In this document: positions 53,546 to 64,000 of the stretch, piece after piece
Numbering within the stretch: position 1 is the first letter of the stretch
Layout: each line of letters opens with the position of its first letter
Assembly (NCBI GenBank): GCA_037447605.1
Contig: CM074811.1
Coordinates: 3,224,001 to 3,288,000 of the forward strand
Direction: 5' to 3'
DNA length: 64,000 nucleotides
From: Zygnema circumcarinatum SAG 698-1b
Lineage: Eukaryota; Plantae; Zygnematophyceae
Notes under the pieces: generated by a model
What the model was told of the DNA's origin: nothing
Seen by the model: the letters and a program-made list of their open reading frames with translations, nothing else
The model's database searches: none
Program-made: the position numbers and the translations under genes

Positions 53546-54764
53546 ATGGCCGCCATGGCTGCCTCCAGCACAGCTCTAACCCTACATATAACCGCCTCCT
53601 CCTTCTCTTCCAGAGGAGCTGTCGGAGCAGCAACCCCAGAATGCAGTTTTAGGGTTTCAGCATGCCGGCTGCAAGGGAGGGGGCTCCGCGGGTCTGTGCA
53701 TGGAACGGGTTTTTCCGTGGAACGGAACGGAAGGAGGAGGTCCTATGTGGTGAGGGCTGCGGAGAATGAGAGTGAAAGCTCGGAACAAGTGGAGAGTGGT
53801 GAAGCAGTGAAGCCAGGTGGGCTTTATTGGAAGCCCTAATTTTGTTAGTTTATTTCTGGTTTTTTTGGTATGCTAACATTGTATGATTGAACCTTAACTT
53901 GCTGCTGGCTTTTTTAAGTAAGACGCCTTCTTATACTGCAGAATTGGAGCTTTATCGCATGCATAAATGGTTGCACAATTAGCTTTAGTAACCTCTTATT
54001 TGCTCAAACTCAGTTCCAATCCCTAATCTAGTGCAAGCTTCAAATCCCGCCAACCCTAATTCGTTGCGTTATTTTTATTCGTTTCAACGTCTTGTCCGCT
54101 AGGAGCTTAGTAGGACACTTTGCCAACTTAAGCTGCATTAAGCCCAAATTCCCATTAGCTCTAATTCAATGCTTTATTCGAATAAGTCCTAAATTGGGGT
54201 TAATTCTCAGCTCATATTGTCGGATTAAATTTGCTTTTTCTGTCTGTTGAATGTGCTCGTCGTATCCTCTCCCTTTTCCTCTCCCCCTCTTCCCCTCCCT
54301 CTCTCCCTCGTCCTCTCCCTGTCCCCCTCTCCCTCTCCCCCTCTCCCCATCGCTCTCCCCCTCTTCCTCTCCCTCTCCCTCTCCCCCTCTCCCTCCCCCT
54401 CCCCCTTTCCCGCTCTCCATCTCCCCCTCTCCCCCTCCCTTTTCCCCTCTCCCTCTCCCCCTCTCCCTCTCCCTCTCCCCCTCTCCCTTTGCTCCTCTCC
54501 CTCTCCCAATCTCCCNNNNNNNNNNTCTCCCTCTCCCTCTCCCCCTCTCTCTTTCCCCCTCTCCCTCTCCCTCTGCCCCTCTCCCCCTCCCTCTCCCTCT
54601 CATCAGGTCAAGCGAGGCAGTCGCGCGAGCGGGGCCAAGTGACTGCGATCGTGACCGGCGCCATCTCGGTCCTTCTGGGCGTCGCGTACCTCGTCCTCGT
54701 GCAAGTGCTCGACACGCGCGGACTCAACCTCGTGCCGGCCCCGCCGGAGGCCTACGGAGAATAG
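53546..54764 (+). CDS. Small plastid-targeted single-TM protein of unknown function, cyanobacteria-like C-terminus
   Basis: Exon 1 53546-53816: transit peptide ending VVRA. Exon 2 54607-54764: RGQVTAIVTGAISVLLGVAYLVLVQVLDTRGLNLVPAPPEAYGE*. Phase 1/1 join; an N gap in the intron could hide an exon. Confidence 0.75.
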
Positions 54765-55724
54765 GCTTTGTAGGGTTAGGGTTTAGGGTTTTGGGTTTTG
54801 GAGTTTGGGGGTTGTTTCTAGTTTAAGGGTTTTAGTATGTAAGCTATGTAATTTTTGAGTAGGAGTTTATGACTTTGTTGATCCGAAATTTGTTGATTTT
54901 TGGGCATGGTGGAACTTCAAGAGGGTTGTAGGGCTCGATTCTTTTGCTAGACATTGTTTTATAAACATTGTATTTTGCTTTTCAGTTGATTTGAATTGAT
55001 CCGTTGCTGTTTGTTTGCTTGTTTGAGTCTCTCTCCGCCGAGTTGAAGAATCATTGGACCAAAACTGAAGTGATGCGAACATGCAAACACATGGCAACAC
55101 AACAATCATCATCTTCTAAACCTCATTTGAGGTCCGTTTCCATGTCCGAGTTCTGTTTCCAGTTTCAGTTTTCCGTTAGTTGCAAGAACGCTTTTAAATT
55201 TGGCTCACATGGAAACGGACCCAACGAAAGCCTAAAAACCCGCACCCAAAAACTCGTGACCCCAAAACCACAAACTGAAATCTTCAAACCCTAACCGCTG
55301 ATCTTAAACTGAAACCTTAAACCCTAACCCTAACCCTGAACTGAAACCTTAAACCCTAAACCCTAACCCTGAACTAAAACCTTAGATCCTAAACCCTGAA
55401 CCCTTACCCTGAACTGACAACCTAAACCCTACAACCCTAACCCTAACCCTGAACTGAAACCTGAAACCTAAACCCTGAACCCTAATCCTGAACTAAAACC
55501 TTAAACCCTAACCTTCGCGAAAAGCGTACGGCTCCCAAACCCTACGCACAAACCCGCGCCCTCCGCCGCCACGTGGCGCCTCCGCGGGCATGGTCTGCGA
55601 AGCTCACCTCACGCCGTTCGCCTGCACGTGCGGCACCTGCTCCCCCGCGTTTCGCGGAGCTCCCCCCTTGCCACGTGGCGCCCAGCCGGCCACTCCTGGC
55701 GCGACCTCGCACTTGCGAGCGGCC

Positions 55725-57193
55725 ATGAGCGCCAATGGCGTTGCGAGCGAGGCTCCCCCGAAGGCGGTGAAGGCGACGGCGGAGGAGGCGGCGGCGACGT
55801 ACCGCTTTCGAATTGCGATGTTTGAGAGGCTGCAGAGGGAGCAGGCCGAGGAGAGGGAAAGCAAAGGGGGGGAGAGCATCAGGTGTGGCTCTTAGCGTTT
55901 AGGGATTAAGGTTGAGGGTTTCAGGGTTTATGGTTGAGGGTTTAGGTTTTGGGGTTTAAGGTTTTAGGGTTGAGTGTCTAAGAGTTTAGGTTTTAGGGTT
56001 TAGGGCTTAGGGATTAATGTTTAGGGTTAGGGTTAAAAGTTTAGGTTTTAGGGGCTTAGCGTTTAATGTTTAGGGTTAGGGTTGAAGGTTTAGATTTTGG
56101 GGCTCAGGGTTTAAGGCGTCCCTCCCTCCCTCCCCCCCTCCTGAATCTTGAAAAGAATTTTTCGGTTGAAGATTTGTGCGTCAAACGGTCCAGATTTGTA
56201 ATTAATTTCAATTCCACTTCACTTGAATATTGCAGCATTAAGATGCCGGACGGAGCAGTGAAAGAGGGCAAGAAATGGCTCACTACTCCTTTCGATATCG
56301 CCAAAAGCATCTCAAAGGGCCTTGCAAACGACGCTCTCATTTCGAAGGTCAGTTTTTTTTTTTAATCAGACAAATAAGAAACTGGGTTTTCTCAAATTAG
56401 GGTTTTCAAAACTAGGTTTCTTCAAATTTGGGTTTTCAAAACTGGGTTCTTCAAATTAGGGTTTTAAAACTGGGTTTCTTCACGTTAGCATTTTTCAAAT
56501 TTTGGCCCTTCAACTTTAAATTGCTGAAAATGAGGATTATAGAATTGGTCCGGTTCATATCAAGGTTTCTCCAAGGAGAGTTATCCCAGTCCTCCAATGT
56601 ATGGAACCTCCACAAATTGCCCAAAAATCAAATCAGGAACTCAACACGAAAGATATCAATGCGATTGAAGCCTCAGGAGCTGTAAAATTTCATTGATTTC
56701 GACCTGCATTGATATAAATTACTTATTGCCGGCGTGATTGTAAAGTTAAAATTTAGACTTTTAAAGTTACTTTTTTTCTTACTATTTTTGCTGGAGCAGG
56801 TGGACGGAGCTTTGTGGGATATGGCCCGCCCCTTGGAAGGAGATTGCTCGCTGCAATTTTTTAAGTTCGAAGATGATGAAGGAAGGGACACGTTCTGGCA
56901 CTCGAGTGCGCATATTTTGGGACAGGTGTCGCCCTCTCATTCGCTGTTTCGGCCCCAACTTTTCATAATCGGATCATTCTCTTGTTCAGTTGCTCCAAAA
57001 TTGCATCTTTTTCGCTGTTCCGGTCGAGTCTGGCAGTGCGTGAGAGTGAGGGTTCCAAGTTTTTGTAGTTTTCAAGGGTTTTTAAAGGATGTCTAGGGTT
57101 CTGGGTTTGGGGTTTTGAGGGTTTGTAGATTCTCTCTCTCTCCCCTCTCTCACCCTCTCTCTTTCACTCTCTCTCCCTCTCTCTCTCTCCCTC

Positions 57194-57243
<50 letters not shown>

Positions 57244-60200
57244 TCTCTCTCTCAATCTCTCTCCCTCTCTCTCCTTCTCTCTCTCCCTCTCTCTCCTCTC
57301 TCTCTCCCTCTCTCTCTCACTCTCTCTCCCTCTCTCTCTCTCTCACTCTCTCCCTCCCTCTCCCTCTCTCGCTCCCTCTCTCTCCCCCTCTCTCTCCCTC
57401 TCTCTCTCCCTCTCTCTCTCACTCTCTCTCCCTCTCTCTCCTCTCTCCCTCTCTCTCACTCTCTCTCCCTCTCTCTCCCGCTCTCTCTCCCTCTCTCTCT
57501 CTCCCTCTCTCTCCCTCTCTCTCTCACTCTCTCTGTGCTGACATGTTTTCGGAATCTGTTGTGATGGGGTGCAGGCACTGGAGGTGGAGTATGATTGCAA
57601 GCTCTGCATTGGTCCCTGCACAACAAGGGGAGAGGTAAGCGCGTACTTTTTTAGCACATATAATTTTAGATTTTACATGTAACATACGACGTAATCTGAT
57701 TTTTTTTTTTTTTTTTTTGCTTTTACATATTCTTGCTGAGTCTTTTTTCTGAAATATGGCGTTTTGTTTTTCCCGTTTTGCAGGGATTCTATTATGATGC
57801 CTTTTATGGCGACATTACTTTGAATGAGGAGCACTTTAAGAAGATAGAGGCTGGTGCTGCTAAAGCTGCCAAGGTACGCGTTGGAAAATTCTTGAAAACC
57901 TTAAGCTGTGGAGTGGAAACCCTTAATTGAAAGGACGCAATAAAGACTGAATGACCATCATCATCATCATCATCATCGTCATAGTGATCGCTACATCAGC
58001 CATCACAAAGAGAATGTTTGCCATGTGCTGACATGGGAACGGAGGGGTTCGAGCGAGCAGGAGAAGCAACCCTTTGAGAGAATCGAAGTGACGAGAGAGC
58101 AAGCACTCGAAATGTTTGGAGCCAATCCCTTCAAGGTGCCTCTCCCTCCCTCCTCTTCCTCCCTCCATCCCTCCCTCCCTCTGCTTACTCCCTCCCTCCC
58201 TCCCGCCCTCCCTCTGCCCACTCCCTGCCTCCCTCCCTCCTTCCTTCCCTCCCTCTGCCCACTCCTTCCCTCCCTCCCTCCCTCCCTCCCTCCCTCNNNN
58301 NNNNNNCCTCTCCCTCTCCCTCTCCCTCTCCCTCTCCCTCTCCCTCTCCCTCTCCCTCACCCTCACTCCCTGCCTGCCCGTCTGCAGGCCTCCGCCTCGT
58401 ATTGGCGCGGGAAGGCGGACCGCGAGAGTCTGCAGCGAGTGTACGGCATCTCCTACCCGGACACCAAGAGGCTCAAGGTGCTGCTCCTTAAACCCTAAAC
58501 CCTAACCCTAAAACTCGGAAACCCTAAACCCTGATCCCCTTCGAGGCGGCTCTACGGAGGGGCTCCATTTCAGTGCTCGAGACTAATAAACGGCACAGGG
58601 TTGTCACGTCACACTTGTCACGTCACGTCATATCACATTCCCGCCATTAGAGCATTGTACTTTTTGTCACGTCGCGTCACGTCACAGTGAATTGTGACGT
58701 CTCACAGATTATTCATTTTCATTTTTTTTTTTTTTTGTCGTTTTGCAGGAGTATTTGACGATTTTGGAGGAGGCCAAGAAGAGAGACCACCGCGTGGTGG
58801 GAGTGGCGCAGGAACTCTTCTTCTTCCACCCCCTCAGGTGGGCCCCACCGCCCCTCTGCCTTGCGGGCAGGGTTCAGGGTTCAGGATTCCGTTTAAGTTC
58901 AAGTTCTTACTTTTAGGGTTTATGGTTTTGGAGGGTTTGAGAGGCGGCTTGAAGGGGCCGGTCTTGTTTCGTTTTTCTGACAATATTTTGCATGATTGGG
59001 TGTAAACGGAAATAATTGGAGTACAATTCATTGGGGTACAATTGGGGTCCTTGGTCTATTGCAGTCCGGGCAGCTGCTTTTTTTTGCCTTACGGAACGCG
59101 AATTTACAACAAGTTGGTGGAATTTATTCGAACAGAATATTGGCAGCGAGGATATCACGAGGTTCAATTTTTTTAACTTTTATTCCATTCATGGCCCTCT
59201 CCCTTCCCCCTTTTCTCCTCCCAACCCCCCGCCCTCCCTCCCTCCCACCCTCTCTCTCTCTTTCTCAATCTCTCTCTTTTCTCTCTCTCCCTCTCTGTCT
59301 CTCTCTGTGGCTCCCCTATCATCTCATTCTCTTGTTCAAGTTAAAATCGGATTTTGGACAGATTTTGAATAATTTTTGTTTCAGGTTTTGAATGTATTAA
59401 AGTTTATTTGTTATGGTCGTTCATCTTAATCTTAAGTTTATTTGTTATGGCCTCGTACTTAAGTTCCGTGACGTTACGTGACAGGTTGTCACGCCAAATA
59501 TGTTCAACTTTGACCTTTGGAAGCAGTCGGGCCACGCCGACAACTACAAAGATAACATGTTCCTGTTCGAGGTGGGCGGCGGGAGGAGAGGGAGAGAGAG
59601 AGGGGGAGAGGAGGGAGAGGGAGGGAGAAGGAGAGAGGGGAGAGAGAGGGACGGGGGGGAGAGAGGGACGAGGGGAAGAGAGGGAAGGGGGAGAGGGTGG
59701 GGGGAGAGGGGGAGAGAGAGAGGGAGTGGGGGGAGAGAGGGGGAGAGAGAGGGAGGGGGGGAGGGCGAGGGAGAAAGAGGAGGCGGAGGGGGAAAGAGGT
59801 AGAAAGGGAGAGAAGGGGAAAGGAGGGGAGAGCGAGGGAGGGAGAGAGAGCAAGAGAGAGGCAGGGGGAGGGAGACGAGGGGAGAGAGGGGACCGGGGGA
59901 GGGAGGGAAGAGAGTGGGAGGGAGGAGTGAAGGGGGGGGAGGGAGGGGCATGGAGGGAGGGGTAGGAAGAGAGGCAAGGGGAGTTTTCAATCTCTCGTTC
60001 ACTTGTTTCAACCCTTAGTTGCAAACCCTGAACCCTAAACAGTCTAAATTTTCCCACGGGCACCCATTTTCGGGCAGGTGGAAAAACAAGCCTTTGGGTT
60101 GAAGCCCATGAACTGCCCCGGACATTGCCTCATGTTCGCTCATCGCGTGCGCTCCTACCGAGGTGCACCTCTCTCCCTCACTACCACTCTCGTTCCCTCT

Positions 60201-63200
60201 CTCTCTCTGTCTCTCTCTCTCCCTCCCTTTCCCTCGCTCTCTCTCTCACTCCCTCGCTCGTTCTCTTTCTCTCTCTCGCTCGCACAACCTCACTCTCATT
60301 CCCTCTCCCCCTCTTCCCCTCGCCCCCTCTCTCGCTCTCCCTCACTCTCTCTCTCATTCTCTCTCGCTCTCTTCTTCCCCCTCCCCCTCCCCTTCCACCC
60401 CTCGCCCTCCCTCCCTCCTTCCCCTCCCTCACCATCACACGTGTGGGGGGGTCCAGAGCTCCCTCTCCGTTTCGCGGATTTTGGCGTTTTGCACCGAAAC
60501 GAGCTCAGCGGCGCGCTTACGGGCCTCACACGTGTGAGGCGATTCCAGCAGGTGGGGGGGAGGGTTTAGGGTTTAAGGGCTTTAGGGGTAGGGTGTAGCG
60601 CTTAGGGTCTTAGGGTTAGGGGTTAGGGTTTTAGGATTGGGGTCAGGGTTTTAGAATTAGGGTTAGGGTTTTAGAGTTAGGGTTAGGGTTTTAGGATGAG
60701 GGTTAGGGTTTTAGGGTTAGTGTTAGGGTTTTAGGGTTAGGGTTAGGGGTTTAGGATGAGGGTTAGGGTTTTAGGATGAGGGTAAGGGTTTTAGGGTTAG
60801 GGTTAGGGTTTTAGAGTTAGGGTTAGGGTTTTAGAGTTAGGGTTAGGGTTTTAGGATTGGGGTTAGGGTTTTAGAGTTAGGGTTAGGGTTTTAGGGTTAG
60901 GGTTAGGGTTTTAGGGTTAGGGTTAGGGGTTTAGGATGAGGGTTAGGGTTTTAGGATGAGGGTAAGGGTTTTAGGGTTAGGGTTAGGGTTTTAGAGTTAG
61001 GGTTAGGGTTTTAGGATGAGGGTTAGGGTTTTAGGGTTAGGGCTAGGGTTTTAGGGTTAGGGTTAGGGTTTTAGGATTAGGGTTAGGGTTAGGGTTAGGG
61101 TTAGGGTTAGGGTTAGGGTTAGGGTTAGGGTTAGGGTTAGAGTTAGGGGTAGGGTTTTACGATTTAGGGTAGGGTTCACGGTTTAATGTGCAGGGTTGAG
61201 GGTAGGGGGGTTGGGATTTAGGGTTTAGGGTTGAGGGCTGAGCGGTTTGGAGGACCTTTGGGATGTTCGAGGTCCTTCTGACTCGCGGGAGATGGAGGGA
61301 GAGGGAGGGGGCGGTCGCAGGATGACGCGCATATCTTTTGCGAGGAGTCGCAGGTTCGACTCTCTCTCTCACTCTCACTCCCTCTCTCTCTCTCCCTCTC
61401 TGCCTCTCTGCCTCTCCCTCGCCATCTCCCTTTCTAAGTCAAAAGTCAACGGAAGAGAGAGTGAGAGAGAAGTCAACGCAGAGGGAGGGTGGGGGCGGTG
61501 CAGATTGAGGAGGAGGTGAAGGGAGTGCTCAACTTCCTTGAGCGCGCGTACGGAATATTCGGCTTTACCTTTCAGCTCGAACTCTCCACGGTGCTTCCCT
61601 CTCTCTCTCTCCCCCCTCCCTCTCTCTCTCTCCCCCTCCCCCCCTCCTCTCCCTCCTTTCTTCCTCCCTATCTCTCTACATTCACTCTCTATGTTGCCTC
61701 CCCTGAAACCCTCAAACCCGAAACCCCTACTCCCCTGAACCCTAACACCCTCCACCCTCAACCCTAAACCTTAAACCCTGAACCCTAACACCCTCCAACC
61801 CTAACACCCTCCACCCTCAACCCTAAACCTTGAACCCTAACACCCTCAACCCTCAACCCTAAACCCTGAACCCTAACCCCTCCAACCCTAAACCCTGAAC
61901 CCTAAACCCTGAACCCTAAACCCTAAACCCTAAACCCTAACACCCTCCAACCCTCAACCCTAAACCCTGAACCCTAACACTCTCCACCCTAAACCCTGAA
62001 CCCTAACAACCCTAAACCTTGAACCCTAAACCCTGAACCCTAACACCCTCAACCCTCAACCCTAAACCCTGAACCCTAACACCCTCCACCCTAAACCTTG
62101 AACCCTAAACCCTAACTGAACCCTAACACCCTCCACCCTAAACCTTGAACCCTAAACCCTGAACCCTAACACCCTCCACCCTCAACCCTAAACCCTGAAC
62201 CCTAACACCCTCCACCCTAAACCTTGAACCCTAAACCCTGAACCCTAACACCCTCAACCCTCAACCCTAAACCCTGAACCCTAACACCCTCCACCCTAAA
62301 CCTTGAACCCTAAACCCTGAACCCTAACACCCTCCACCCTCAACCCTAAACCTTAAACCCTGAACCCTAACACCCTCCACCCTAAACCTTGAACCCTAAA
62401 CCCTGAACCCTAACACCCTCAACCCTCAACCCTAAACCCTGAACCCTAACACTCTCCACCCTAAACCTTGAACCCTAAACCCTGAACCCTAACACCCTCA
62501 ACCCTCAACCCTAAACCCTGAACCCTAACACCCTCCACCCTAAACCTTGAACCCTAAACCCTGAACCCTAACACCCTCAACCCTCAACCCTAAACCCTGA
62601 ACCCTAACACCCTCCACCCTAAACCTTGAACCCTCAACCCTGAACCCTAAACCCTGAACCCTGAACTCTAACACCCTCCACCCTAAATCCTAAACCCTAA
62701 ACCCTAAACGCTAAACCCTAAACCCTTCCACCCCCCCCCCTCCTCTTTGGAGGGTTCAGCGGCCGGAGAAGTTTTTGGGCGCCGTCGAAGTTTGGGACCG
62801 CGCGGAGAAAGCGCTCGCGCAGGCGCTGGACGCGTTTGGGCGGCCGTGGGAGGTACGGGCCCGGAACGGAAACCGCTGGTTCTATGTGAAATTCCGTTAC
62901 AAAATCCGTTGAACGAGGCGGCCGTTACATGAGTCGTTGTTACAGATCGGTTGCAGTTGCTCCGTTGGGACTGCAGATCAACCCGGAGGACGGCGCGTTC
63001 TATGGGCCTAAAATTGACATTGCAGTTTTTGATGCGTTGAAACGGAAGCATCAGTGTGCGACTATCCAGGTACGCACTTTATAGGGTTTAGGGTTTAGGG
63101 TTTAGGGTTTAAGGTTCAGGGATTAGGGTTTAGGGTTTAGAGTTTGGGTTTTAGGGTTTTGAAAGTACGTCTCCTTTCTCTTTCCTTCTATGTCGCAACG

Positions 63201-63574
63201 GAATCATTTTTTTCCGTGGCTGGAAACAAAGTCAGAGCCATCAGGGTTTCTATGAGCTGCAGTTTCCGTTCTCAGTTCGTGACAGTTACTGACAGTTATA
63301 GATAACGTGGCGCTCTGTGGTGGTGCCAGCTGGACTTCCAACTGCCAATCAGATTCAACCTGGAGTACAGTACGGACGAGGAGGGCGGCCAGAGGAGGCG
63401 GCCGGTACGTTGAACCTGGACATTTCTCGTCCGGTTCTGTGGGGGTCCTGCTTCAGTTACCGTTTGCAGTTTCAATGCTGTTTCAGTTACAGAAACTCAG
63501 TTTAGGGTTTGGGCAGTGAGAGGTGCACGTTTATCATGCTTGCCATGTGTTGGTGTACGCTCTCTCTCCCTCTC

Positions 63575-63632
<58 letters not shown>

Positions 63633-64000
63633 CCTCTCGCCATTATCTCTCCCGCGGTCCGCTTACTTCCTCTCCTTCCTTCCTCCGCTCCCTCTCCCTG
63701 TCCATCCCTCCCTCCCTTCCCCTCCTCCCTTTCCCCCCTCCCTCCCTTCCCCCCCTTCCTCTCCCTCCCACCCCCCATCTCCTCCTCCTTCCCTCCCTTC
63801 CTCCCTCCCTCCCTTCCTCCCTCCCTCGCTCCCTACCTCCCTCCCTCCCTCGCTCCCTCCCTCCCCCCATCTCCTCCTCCATCCCTCCCTCCCTCCCCCC
63901 TGCCTCTCCCTCTCCCTCCCTCCCTCCCTCCCCCCTTTCCCTCTCCCTCTCCCTCCCCCCTCCCTCTCCCTCCCCCCTCCCCCCTCCCTCTCTCTCCTCT
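55725..64000 (+). CDS. THRRS: Threonyl-tRNA synthetase (eukaryotic cytosolic type), 3' incomplete
   Basis: TGS domain ([22 protein letters not shown]); [10 protein letters not shown]; GFYYD; YWRG...[10 protein letters not shown]; RDHR; KPMNCPGHC; [20 protein letters not shown]|DDAHIF; GAFYGPKID; QCATIQ|LDFQLP. At least 17 exons to 63404; the DLCRGPH exon(s) are missing, probably in the N gap at 58297-58306. Confidence 0.96.
60565..61230 (+). repeat. Intronic telomere-like array (TTAGGG/TTTTAGGG)
   Basis: 20-bp higher-order unit GGTTAGGGTTTTAGGGTTAG; about 10 pure TTAGGG units at 61077-61140. Confidence 0.92.
61700..62722 (-). repeat. Intronic telomere-like array in the opposite orientation (CCCTAAA/CCCTGAA/CCCTCAA variants)
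   Basis: About 1 kb of degenerate heptamers with higher-order repetition; similar shorter arrays at 23630-23770, 55290-55512, 55895-56112 and 63083-63160. Confidence 0.92.

Noticed and set aside
58136-58387. ThrRS lacking the editing-domain DLCRGPH segment
   Set aside because: An N gap at 58297-58306 lies exactly where those exons are expected.
60565-62722. Telomere-telomere chromosome fusion site
   Set aside because: Conserved, collinear ThrRS exons lie between and on both sides of the two arrays, so this cannot be an end-to-end fusion.

Overview
Eukaryotic nuclear DNA from the green lineage. The plastid-targeted lipoyl synthase, plant-type ThrRS and SNM1, cyanobacteria-like small plastid protein and very CT/GA-microsatellite-rich introns suggest a streptophyte alga, but this is an inference. 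Most short ORFs in the track are microsatellite artefacts, and the real genes were rebuilt by hand from splice sites. In order, the window holds: a degenerate chromodomain Ty3/Gypsy element (1-5062); a GH26 glycoside hydrolase; plastid lipoyl synthase; SNM1/PSO2 nuclease; a solo LTR with a 5-bp TSD; a 2OG-Fe(II) dioxygenase; a large tandem-BRCT + BAH protein; a small plastid membrane protein; and threonyl-tRNA synthetase running off the end. The most striking feature is a two-gene cassette present three times. It pairs a secreted trypsin-fold protease with an intact His/Asp/Ser triad head-to-head with an intronless paralog whose catalytic His and Ser are both replaced. The shared divergent promoter is densely packed with GTAC (SBP/CuRE-type) motifs, and two of the three copies also carry a 66-bp palindrome. 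All inactive copies are intact ORFs, whereas all three active copies carry lesions. Two near-exact tandem duplications next to N-gaps are probably assembly artefacts.
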